DNA of 64,000 nucleotides from Ranitomeya imitator (Eukaryota), in assembly GCF_032444005.1 (NCBI RefSeq), contig NC_091285.1, positions 119,598,001 to 119,662,000 on the forward strand. The letters are read 5' to 3'. Position 1 is the stretch's first letter, and each line of letters begins with the position of its first letter. A program made the position numbers and the translations under genes. Shown piece by piece: positions 12,690-22,660 of the stretch. Under the pieces are notes generated by a model, which saw nothing but the letters and a program-made list of their open reading frames with translations, did no database searches and was not told the origin of the DNA.

Positions 12690-14082
12690 GTTGTGAGAGA
12701 GAACCCTGAAAGTCGGGACTTTGGGGATCGTTAGGGCCCTCTGAGTAAGAGTGTAAAGAGGAGGAACAGGAAAACTCTTCCCTATACAAAAACTCACTCC
12801 CCTCCAGAGAAGAGGACTCTGCCATATCTGAGAGGTCCTCCGAGTAGATACTCCCCATCTCCCCCACAGAGTCAGAAAGGACGTCGAAGTCAGGGTGTGC
12901 GACCTGGCATGAAGTCACTAACTCTAAATGTTCCTCCATATCATTTCCTTCTCCTATAGTAGGGACCGACTCCTTTCCAGAGACCTGAGATGACTTAAAA
13001 TTCAAGTTCCTAAGCAGTTCTGCGAATGATGCCTTCCATTCGTCAAGGTTAAACTCTTTAGGGCCGCAGGAAGAGTCAGGAGGGGAAAAGGTGACGACCT
13101 CCCCTGTTGTAGAGTAAGTGTGAGGTCCTACATAGGGCTCAGTAGGAGATCCTGCGTCTGTCATTAGCTGCATTTCTTTATGATTATAGTTGTAATTGTC
13201 ATCTCCGGAATTTGCTGTATATTGTCTTTTGTCTGGTATGTCCCTGTAGGTCTTGTCCCCCTGTAAGTTCCCTGTGAGTTTCAGGCTCCTATTAGGGGAT
13301 TTAGGGGTGGCACACCTCTTTTGAAGTTTATGGGGCTGCAGTATACCGTCGTGTTGTTGGAGCGGTGTGGAGTTCACTGTATCAGATGTGCACTGTGCAG
13401 CTCTGTCTTCCCCATTAGATCTCCACTGTGTGGGCATGTTGTGAGCCTTTAATTTGTTGGTATGCTGACCATTTGCCGGTGCAGATAGCCTGCCCCGGTC
13501 TCCATAAGACCTCCGGAGTGTGTGGGTGTCCCCATCCCCCTGCAGAGTCCCGTAGCCAGTAGCCGCCGCCATTTTATCTTCCCCCCTGCAATCTCCTGCC
13601 TCCGGGAAGGTTCCACTGCGGGCTCCCGCTTCCTTACCAGTATAAGGGTCACCGGGTCTTCCCTGCTGCTTCAACGTGGTCTCTCTCTCTGGCGCCGATT
13701 CGGTTCCCGTCCACAGCTTCGGCACAAACACCGGAGCGCTGTGCCTCAGCCGCGACGGGGCGGGCGCCATCTTGTTTCCCGCTCCGCATCTGACAAGCTG
13801 AGTTTCCTCTTTGTCCCGGTCTCTGTGCTCAGCGCTGCAGGTATGATCCGGGGCCGTGGCAGCGGTGGGTTTCTTACCGGTCAGGGGCTTTTTATGCGGT
13901 GGTGCTTCCTGCTTCTTCGGCTTGTGCTGGGTGAGGGGAGGGGACCTCTTGGTCTCGGCATACCCGGTCAGCGTCTTTTCCTGTGTCTTTAGGCCTCCGT
14001 TCATTTTAGCTCCTCTCTGGTTCCAGGCTGTATTAATCTTCTTGGGAATACATCCCTTCTTGGCTTGACTGGCTCCTGGCAT
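10243..14082 (-). CDS. Chimeric open frame of 1279 aa: HAL1-like ORF1 N-terminus (464 aa) fused in frame to CR1 partial EN plus RT
   Basis: Uninterrupted ORF in the track (10243-14238). The first ATG inside the element is at 14082 (MPGASQAKK), and the junction is at ..GSLSQ|QITETMESLLLK.. Expression is unknown. Confidence 0.6.
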   Translation of the reverse strand: MPGASQAKKGCIPKKINTAWNQRGAKMNGGLKTQEKTLTGYAETKRSPPLTQHKPKKQEAPPHKKPLTGKKPTAATAPDHTCSAEHRDRDKEETQLVRCGAGNKMAPAPSRLRHSAPVFVPKLWTGTESAPERETTLKQQGRPGDPYTGKEAGARSGTFPEAGDCRGEDKMAAATGYGTLQGDGDTHTLRRSYGDRGRLSAPANGQHTNKLKAHNMPTQWRSNGEDRAAQCTSDTVNSTPLQQHDGILQPHKLQKRCATPKSPNRSLKLTGNLQGDKTYRDIPDKRQYTANSGDDNYNYNHKEMQLMTDAGSPTEPYVGPHTYSTTGEVVTFSPPDSSCGPKEFNLDEWKASFAELLRNLNFKSSQVSGKESVPTIGEGNDMEEHLELVTSCQVAHPDFDVLSDSVGEMGSIYSEDLSDMAESSSLEGSEFLYREEFSCSSSLHSYSEGPNDPQSPDFQGSLSQQITETMESLLLKQIDEAATHNEVLVMGDFNYPDINWETETCETHKGNRFLLITKKNYLSQLVQNPTRGAALLDLILSNRPDRITNLQVVGHLGNSDHNIVQFHLSFTRGTCQGVTKTLNFRKAKFDQLRDALNLVDWDNILRNKNTDNKWEMFKNILNRQCKRFIPCGNKRTRNRKNPMWLNKEVRQAINSKKKAFALLKQDGTIEALKNYREKNTLSKKLIKAAKKETEKHIAKESKTNPKLFFNYINSKRIKTENVGPLKNSEERMVVDDEEKANILNTFFSTVFTVENEMLGEIPRNNENPILRVTNLTQEEVRNRLNKIKIDKSPGPDGIHPRVLRELSNVIDKPLFLIFRDSIATGSVPQDWHIANVVPIFKKGSKSEPGNYRPVSLTSIVGKIFEGFLRDVILDYLNENNCLTPYQHGFMRNRSCQTNLISFYEEVSYRLDNGESLDVVYLDFSKAFDTVPHKRLVHKMRMLGLGEIVCKWVSNWLSDRKQRVVINGIVSNWVAVTSGVPQGSVLGPVLFNIFINDLLEGLHSKISIFADDTKLCKAVNTREDSILLQMDLDKLETWAERWQMRFNNDKCKVIHMGRRNQCHHYTLNGKPLGKSDREKNLGILVNDKLTWSSQCQAAAAKANRIMGCIKRGLDTHDESIILPLYKSLVRPHIEYCVQFWAPVLRKDIMELERVQRRATKLIKGMGELQYPDRLAKLGLFSLEKRRLRGDLITMYKYIRGQYKYLAEDLFIPRKVTGTRGHSLRLEERRFFHQHRRGFFTVRAVRIWNCLPEEVVMANSVEGFKRGLDVFLEQNNIVSYN

Positions 14083-17022
14083 AGTATAAGTGATCCAGGC
14101 AGCCAAAATTCCACTTTTGTACGCTTTTTGTAGGCTTTCTAAGGGAGATTGCCAGGAGCTCCTGTGAGACACGTCTGCTCCCTTCCCTTGGCAAACCACG
14201 CCCCCTTGCAATGAGAACTTTGATCTAACATTATGCACAGCTTATTTGCGCAGCAGTTACATTCCAGGCTGATGAGTTAAATACTGAGATACCAGCCACC
14301 TCTCCATTAATTTCTATTACAGCAGTTGGATGTTGTCTTCTCCCTCCATCTTAGCTCTTCGTCAAGCTGCTGTTATCAGTCTTGCCGAGGAGAAGCCACC
14401 AGAGATTGGCCTATCTGACTAGTCTTCTGTGCGGCTTGGTCCCCGGCAGCTATGCAACTATGTTGCATAGCTTGGTCCCCGGCAGCTATGCAACAGCTAT
14501 GCAACTATAGCTAAACTCACGCAGCCAGGGTCTGATACATACTGACTGTGAATCAGGCCGCAGGTATCATCTGTCACAGTAGCATAAGCTCAGAAGGAAA
14601 AAGCTACTAACCCAGAACTGTCACTCAAGCAAAAGTGTTCACTCCTATAGCAACAAGAGTGTGAAAGAGACAAGAATGCTGGATGCTGCTCAAGACACAA
14701 CTTGAAAATAACCATTTAAGAGATAAACTTTATTACTATACCAATTTAATACATTATTGGGAGAAGCTAGCTAAAGCCCTGACTGGCTGCAAATACCTCA
14801 CAATCACTGGGAGGCCACATGTGCGAATATATAGTCTACAACTATCCTAACAGGATATCATAACATTATTTTTCAAAGCTGGTCATGTTGTGCCACACAT
14901 CTTGAGATGTGTTAGGTCAGGAGAAAAAGGTAAAGAAATGCACCTCTGTATATATGACAGGTTTGCAAAAAGATGCATCAAAGTAAAGTGGAAAAGAAAG
15001 TGTTTGTTGCGGAATATCCATGACTACTCCATTTACCTAAATTGGGGTTTACACAAAACTATACCGATGCTGCAGAAGATCATTTAGATATATGTAAGAT
15101 TTTTTAGCGTGAATAGATCCAAAAGTGTCTTAACAACGCTATTGATAACTGTATACAGTGAATGTAAAGAATTCTTGTATGATTTATTTTGTACTTAATA
15201 TTCATGCCACTAAGCCAATCTAAATGTTCACAATCACAATGTTCCCTTCCTTTTCTACACCCATCTGAGATGTTCAATATTCAGGTAGCCATTAGTCAAT
15301 CTAGGGTGGTAGATCAAAGAACCATAATTTTTTTTCTCTACTCAAATTTTGAAAAATATTATAATTTTTTTTTTTACTACTTTAGCACCCTAGTATTTTT
15401 ACTGCTCCGGTTAAAATTCATGATGAAAGAATGGTCCAGACAGAAGGCCCCTGAGCAAGAACAATGGCTGGGTCCTTCTTTGGGGGTGGTAGTGGACCCC
15501 CTTATATCTTGATCCCCTGTGTGGTCCCCAATGGCATGTCCACCCCTGATCCAGATTTATCATTAGATCTTGGCACTCTCTAGGTTGCTCTAGTTACATA
15601 GATTACTTGGAAACAAAGCAGTGAATATTCTGCAGAGGTTGAGAATGTAATAAAGCTTTGTTTTTTGAGCATTGAGGGAAACGTATAACACTGTTATTAA
15701 TTCCTCTGTTTCAAAAGAATAAGTCTCTGGATGCTACGGAGAGTTTGTTCACCTTGACTTCACATTACATATTTCGACCCTTTAGGAAATCCCAGTTAGC
15801 ATCAATTCTTTTCCTTTTGCCATCATCAATAAAATACAGATGGTTGGACAGCATGGCGACTAAACACTCCAGGGGACTGACATACACAAATTGAAACTGT
15901 TCATGGGAGCTATTCCTGTTTTGCTGCAGCTGATCAGGTCAAGCAGAAAACTGGCAGTCAGAAAAAGAACCGACTTTGGAAAAAATTAAGATTGTCAATA
16001 TTTGGAAAGCTACATCAATAGCAGGTAGCAACATCTGGAGAAAATTATACCAACTGATTCCACACTCGAGAGAAATTAAATAACACTCAACAATGCAAAT
16101 TACAGAAAGAAAAAAAGACATTTTTGTCGAACAGAAAACAACGGCTTGACTGTGATGAAAACAAAAGCCTGTTCCATACTACCTTATGGACTTGTTCGCA
16201 TAGTTCAGTATTGGTATCAAACACTGCGCCAAACTTCTATAATGTGAACATGGTCTTAGGGAGCATTTTAACAGAAAACATATACATCTCTTGCTTTATT
16301 CCATCAGAGATGTGTGGAAGTTCCCTTTGAAAGTGCTGAATTTTCAGTAACAAATATGTACCCAGTGACTAAATGGTTTAAGTGCCTTTATAAGTCCTAT
16401 CAATCTTAAAAACAGCGCTATTCTCAGATCACAAGGCGACCTGCTCACATGTATCTCTGAAATATAAGAAGATTATTTTCACTTGGTCTTACCTTTATTG
16501 AGAAATTGTGATGTGAATAACATAGCCAAGTTTTGGTAAAATGACCTGTCATTGTATTCTTGCTGCCCAAACCTCGGGCAGCATGAATCAGAGCCTGGCT
16601 GGCCGCACTATTGCAGCCATGTGCTTTACTTTACAATGCGGCAGCATTTCAGAGAATACATAATTTGAAAAACCATCTGGCTTCTTCTGACTCCAGTTTA
16701 TTGACATGTATCTTCCTATGTACAGACACGTGAGAGAACTGTTAATCAACTGATGATGGGCGCGGAGAAGCCAGCCGCAGACTGCATTGGAGAGCGAGCC
16801 GGGGCTGTGCAGTCAGGTCAGTCTCTGTAGTACCCTGCCAGCTTGTCAGATTATGCAGCAATTCAGAGTAAAACACCCCAAGCTGCAATCACACACAAAG
16901 ACTATGACTAATGGTGCCCGTACTTTGAGCAGCATGAATCTAATGAGAGGTTCCCTTTAAACATAAAATAACATGCAAAACAAAGCATGTACAGCATTAA
17001 CCCCTTAATGCTATTTGACATA

Positions 17023-17640
17023 AAGGGTGGGTCATTTATATGGATACACCTAAATAAAATGGGAATGGCTGGTGATATCAACTTCCTGTTTGTGACACAT
17101 TAGTATATGGGAGGAGGAAAACTTTACAAGATGGGTGGTGACCATGGTGGCCATTTTGAAGTTGGCCTTTTTGGATCCAACTTTATTTTTTTTCAATGGG
17201 AAGAGGGTCATGAGACAGATCAAACTTATTGAGAATTTCACAAGAAAAACAATGATGTGCTTGGTTTTGACGTAACTTTATTCTTTCATGAGTTATTTAT
17301 AAGTTTATGACCACTTATAAAAATGTGTTCAAAGTCCTGTCCATTGTGTTGATTGTAAATGCAACCCTCTTCTCCCACTCTTGACACACTGGTAGCAACA
17401 CTGCAGAAGAAATGCTAGCACAGGCTTCCAGTATCCGTTGTTTCTGATGCTGCACATCTCGTATCTTCACAGACAATTGCCTTCATATGACCCCAAAGAT
17501 AAAAGTCTAAGGGGGTCAGATCGGGAGACCTTTGTGGCCATTCAACTGGCCCATGATGACCAATCCACTTTCCAAGAAACTGTTCATGTAGGAATGCTCG
17601 GACCTAACACCCAAGATGGTGCACCACCATGTTTCTTATG
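17023..17640 (-). pseudogene. Degenerate mariner-like (Tc1/mariner superfamily) transposon, 3' part with TIR
   Basis: Minus-strand translation gives VRAFLHEQFLGKWIG..EWPQRSPDLTPLDFYLWGH. TIR-like end AAGGGTGGGTCATTTATATGGATACACC follows a TA. Confidence 0.8.
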
Positions 17641-18674
17641 CACCTTGTTTTTGGTCTATCACCTTGTATTGAGCTTGTAACCACTGGCTTCATTCTGTGA
17701 TTGTATACATTTTTTGTGCAATTTATGCAACTGTGCACATTCTTTATGCAATTGTTATATACCATGAGCCCTAGTTTTATCTTGCTAGGCCTGATGCAAT
17801 TTCTTGTAGTTTCTTTTTTTACCTTTTTTTTACAATTACTAATAAAGATATACATTTCTATACATGTGGGTATATAGAATTTATTTGTATGTTTGATATA
17901 GACAGCCACCCGAATACACATGTAATAAATCAGTGCACTAGGACAAAATATTCTAACAGTATTTTTCAACACTTTCCAGTTGGCTGCCTGTTCCATGTTA
18001 CTGCACTACTGTAGCAGATGTAATACCTATGTGATCATAGGATGGCATGATCATGTCCCCTTAGGGGACCCATATTTGAATTTTTTTTAGAAGAACATAT
18101 TACGTATGTGATAATAAGATTGCCTATTCATGTCTCCTTAGAATGTAATAAATATTGTAAAAAAATGTTTTTAAGTCTTTAATTATAAATCCTAGTTTGC
18201 CCAGTAAAAAGTTGATTGACCAGATCACAAATATAAATTTAAGGTGCTTGGTTCTGGGCTTTAACCCAGTGCCATTGTAAATGGATGGTTTGGGGCTAAA
18301 ACTTTTGCTCCTGCAGTCTAGTGGCAGCAGGTAAGTACCCAACTGTGAGATATAGCCAGGACCCTGAAAGAGGAAATGACTTTTTACTGCCAGATCTATG
18401 CTATTGCATATATTACAATCTCTAAAGCTAAATATTGTAAAGCTTGCATGTCTATGTAAAGACTTAAATGGCATTTCATTATAACTCATTGTGCATTAAA
18501 AATAATGTAAATTATAAAAAAAACTTCTATGTTTTCTAATTTTTGGGGAATTCCTAGGCAAAATCAGCATTTTAAAATAAAAAAATACCCTTTGCATCAA
18601 ATACTACATTGTTCTGGAAATCTAAAGAAGTTAAGCAAATACTGTTAACTCACCAGGAACTAAATGCATATTTG

Positions 18675-18677
<3 letters not shown>

Positions 18678-18709
<32 letters not shown>
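18678..18709. repeat. (TA)n microsatellite
   Basis: Seen directly in the sequence. Confidence 0.95.
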
Positions 18710-18712
<3 letters not shown>

Positions 18713-20112
18713 AATAAATCATATTTCTCAAAGAAAATGAGTAGTGGTAAGTGGTGCTATCTCAGCCAGGGCAAGCTACGTTTTATAGAGGAGACATGGC
18801 AGATATAGATGAAAAGAGAATGGCCATTCATATATTTGGTTAGGTTTTTATTTTACATTTTTCTGGTGTCTACATTTCTAAAAGCCTTGATGAAAAATAT
18901 TACTAAAAAGTGCATTAAAAAAAACATTCTTCAGGAGATAAACTGTTATTGCCTGTAATAGCAGCCTGATGTCACTTGTACCTATAGGTCACAATGGTCT
19001 CCCTCCTAATACGTGATATGTGTGAGCCCATGCGGGCAGGGTCTTCTCACCTCTTGTACCAGTCGGTGATTTTGGCAGGCTTGGCTGACAGTCTAATATA
19101 TAATGTATATGGGGGCTTCCTCCTCTCCCCTGACAGAGGATATTGGTTTAGATAAGGGCATGTCTGTTTTTAGTTTGACAAATCTTTTGTTCTTGAAGAG
19201 ATAAGAACAGTCTGCCAGAAGTTCTTTTATAGAGAACACAGGAGATTTAACATGGAGATGTAAGGAGCGATAGCTGCCAGCTGAACAATCTGGCAAACCA
19301 TTTCTTGGCTGACAGCTATATATTGCATAATGTTCCCTTTAATGTATCTTACTATATAATACCTTCCTAATTAGTAGCCAACTTGAATACCTTGCTACTG
19401 TAAGGTGTGAGCTTTTCACACAAAGCCCCCTTTCTGGACACTGCAAGTATTGCCAAACTATGAGAGACATCATGATGTCTGTTTCAGGTCTCAGTATAAG
19501 GCGGCACATTGTACAACCCACCTTCCAGAACTCACCTCTCCTTTGCTGCAATATTTTGAAAGAAAGGATGGGGAAATGGGAAACTTGATGGTAATGCTTA
19601 TGCAATGGGATACAGTGGCCATGTTGGCATCACCAATAAGAGGGGTGACTGCTATCTAATGGGGAAACAGAAAGGGAAGAATTTTGTTATTACTGGGTAA
19701 GTAGGTAGACTGCTTTGTCTGCTAAGTGGGCGTCTGCTGAGATGTCTGGAGGAATAGAGTGGGTTACAATATCTACTATTAGAAAGGGAAAAAGGGTAAC
19801 TATCAATAGAAATCTAGAATTGTGTCTATCTTCTGGAAAAGGTCAAAACATTGTGAGTTGCATTGCGGACTTAGCACTGCAGCTTTTTTGTTGGCGGCTC
19901 CTAGCACTATAACTAAATTTAGTCAAGTTTGATATTGCATGTACAAAATGGATAGATACTGAGAGCTTGCCTAACTTTTTAGGAATTTTCTATTACGGTA
20001 TATAAATGTTTAATTGACTCGAGCTAGTCACATTTCTTTTTACTAAAACACCAGGAGTCATTACTAGATTATTCTTACTAAATGCCTTGACCTTGAAAAA
20101 AAATTATAATTG

Positions 20113-22660
20113 TGTAGCATCCTGGATAGGACCTGTGCACAGTATATACCGTATGGCAATAAACATACTAGAAATAGGAGGAAACCAATATGGCCAAATA
20201 GAGCTGTAAGGGGCGCAATAAGTGACAAAAAGAAAGCATTTAGAGAATTAAAGGAAGTAGGTAGTGATGAGGCATTAAATAAATACAGAAAATTAAATAA
20301 ATTCTGTAAAAAGCAAATCAAGGCAGCAAAGATTGAGACAGAAAGACTCATTGCCAGAGAGAGTAAAAATAATCCCAAAATATTCTTTAACTACGTACAT
20401 AGTAAGAAACTAAAAAATTATAGTGTTGGCCCCCTTAAAAATAGTCTGGGTGAAATGGTGGATGAGGAAAAAGCCAATATGCTAAATGACTTTTTTTGAT
20501 CAGTATTTACACAAGAAAATCCCATGGCAGACAAAATGATCAGTGGTAACAAAAATTCCACATTAAGGCTATGTGCACATGTCAGGATTTCTGGCAGAAA
20601 TTTTCCTGACAAAAACCTGACATTTCTGCTAGAAATCCGCATGCGTTTTTTTCTCGCGGTTTTGATGCTTTTTTGCGTGTTTTTTATGCGTTTTTGATGC
20701 GTTTTTTCCAAATGCATAGAATAGCGGGGAAAACGCAGAAAATCTGCAAAACTAATGAACATGCTGCTTTTTTTACTGCAATGTGTCCTTTTCGTGGAAA
20801 AAAACGCATCATGTGCACAAAAATTGCAGAATGCATTCTAAATGATAGAATGCATAATGTATGCGTTTTTATTGAGTTTTTATCGCGTTTTTATTATGAA
20901 AAAACGCGGAAAAAAACGTGAAAAAACCTGAACGTGTGCACATACCCTAAATGTCACCTGCTTAACCCAGCAGGAAGTACGGCAGCGTCTAAAAATCACA
21001 CCCTCGAGTACTGCAGGAATTAAGTACAGTCATTGATAGAGCATTATTTTAATCTTCAAAGACTCCATAATAACAGGGTCTGTACCACAGAACTGGCGTA
21101 TAGCAAATGTGGTGCCTATATTCAAAAGGGGACAAACACTGAACTCGGTAATTATAGGCCAGTAAGCTTAACCTCTACTGTGGGTAAAATCCTGGAAGGC
21201 ATTCTAAGGGATGCTATACTGGAGTATCTGAAGAGGAATAACCTCATGACCCAGTATCAGCACGGGTTTACTAGGGACCATTCATGTCAGACTAATCTGA
21301 TCAGCTTCTATGAAGAGGTAAGTTCTGGACTGGACCAAGGGAACCCAGTGGATGTAGTGTATATGGACTTTTCAAAGCTTTTGATACGGTGCCACACAAA
21401 AGGTTGATACATAAAATGAGAATGGGGATAGGGGAAATTATGTGTAAGTGGGTTAAGAGCTGGCTCAGGGATAGGAAATAAAGGGTGGTTATTAATGGAG
21501 CACACTCGGACTGGGTCGTGGTTAGCAGTGGGGTACCACAGAGGTCAGTATTGGGCCCTCTTCTTTTTAACTTATGTATTAATGACCTTGTAGGGGACAT
21601 ACAGAGTAGAATTTCAATATTTGCAGATGACACTAAACTCTGTAGGGTAATCAATACAGAGGAGGACAATTTTATATTACAGGATGATTTATGTAAACTA
21701 GAAGCTTGGGCTGATAAATGGCAAATGAGCTTTAATGGAGATAAATGTAAGGTCATGCATTTGGGTAGAAGTAATAAGATGAATAACTATGTGCTTAATT
21801 CTAAAACTCTGGGCAAAACCGTCAATGAAAAAGACCTGGGTGTATGGGTGGATGACAAACTCATGTTCAGTGGCCAGTGTCAGGCAGCTGCTACAAAGGC
21901 AAATGAAATAATGGGATGCATTAAAAGAGGCATAGATGCACGTGACGAGAACATAATTTTACCTCTATAGAAGTCACTAGTTCGACCACACTTAGAATAC
22001 TGTGCACAGTTCTGGTCTCCGGTGTATAAGAAAGACATAGCTGAACTAGAGCGGGTGCAGAGAAGAGCGACCAAGGTTATTAGAGGACTGGGGGGGTCTG
22101 CAATACCAAGATAGGTTATTACGCTTGGGGCTATTTAGTTTGGAAAAACAAAGACAAAGGGGTGATCTTATTTTAATGTATAAATATATGAGGGGACAGT
22201 ACACAGACCTTTCTGATGATCTTTTTAATCATAGACCTGAGACAGGGACAAGGGGGCATCCTCTACATCTGGAAAAAAGAAGTTTTAAGCATAATAACAG
22301 GCATGGCTTCTTTACTGTAAGAGCATTGAGACTATAGAACTCTCTGCCATATGATGTTGTAATGAGTGATTCATTACTTAAATTTAAGAGGGGATTGGAT
22401 ACCTTTCTGGAAAAGTATAATGTTACAGGGTATATACACTAGATTCCTTGTTAGGGCGTTGATCCAGGGAACTAGTCTGATTGCCATATGTGGAGTCAGG
22501 AAGGAATTTTTTTCCCCAAAGTGGCGCTTACTATTTGCCACATGGGTTTTTTTTGCCTTCCTCTGGATCAACATGTTAGGGTATGTTAGGTTAGGCTATG
22601 GGTTGAACTAGATGGACATAAAGTCTTCCTTCAACCTTAATAACTATGTTACTATGTTAC
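20113..22660 (+). mobile_element. Degenerate 5'-truncated CR1 LINE (second subfamily) with a MITE insertion
   Basis: ORF2 fragments (KNNPKIFFNY, NYRPVSLTS, MDFSK, SGVPQRSVLGP, IFADDTKL) carry stops and frameshifts. Ends in a (TATGTTAC)n tail. Confidence 0.93.
20567..20947. mobile_element. PIF/Harbinger-type MITE inserted in the CR1
   Basis: TIR GG(C/G)TATGTGCACA and TAA TSD. Removing it restores CR1 NSTLNVTCLTQQEVR. Confidence 0.9.

Larger units (their letters stand above)
9125..14082 (-). pseudogene. L1-type ORF1 (Transposase_22-like RRM/CTD), ~800 aa reconstructed; split by a CR1 and two frameshifts
   Basis: Removing 10131-12689 plus one GTTGT copy restores the frame (..GSLSQ|HSTTK..). 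Motifs: EDFKRKNNLKIR-GIPE (1-nt insertion near 9631), VERSYRIPRP..RDVIVSF, and LPSPYDKITLFKDLSKATIQKRK..GIPYYW..IATPEEG (second frameshift near 9415). Confidence 0.85.
8492..14206 (-). mobile_element. Full-length ORF1-only L1-derived retroelement (HAL1-like), ~3.15 kb native length, interrupted by a CR1
   Basis: Perfect 16-bp TSD TGCAATGAGAACTTTG at 8476-8491 and 14207-14222. G-rich 5' start AGGGGGCGTGG, L1 ORF1 motifs, ~630-bp 3' UTR with AATAAA just before the TSD, and no ORF2 sequence. Confidence 0.88.

Noticed and set aside
9483-13992. + strand ORFs (220, 215, 147, 130, 156 aa and others)
   Set aside because: They are antisense shadows of the ORF1 and CR1 coding sequences.
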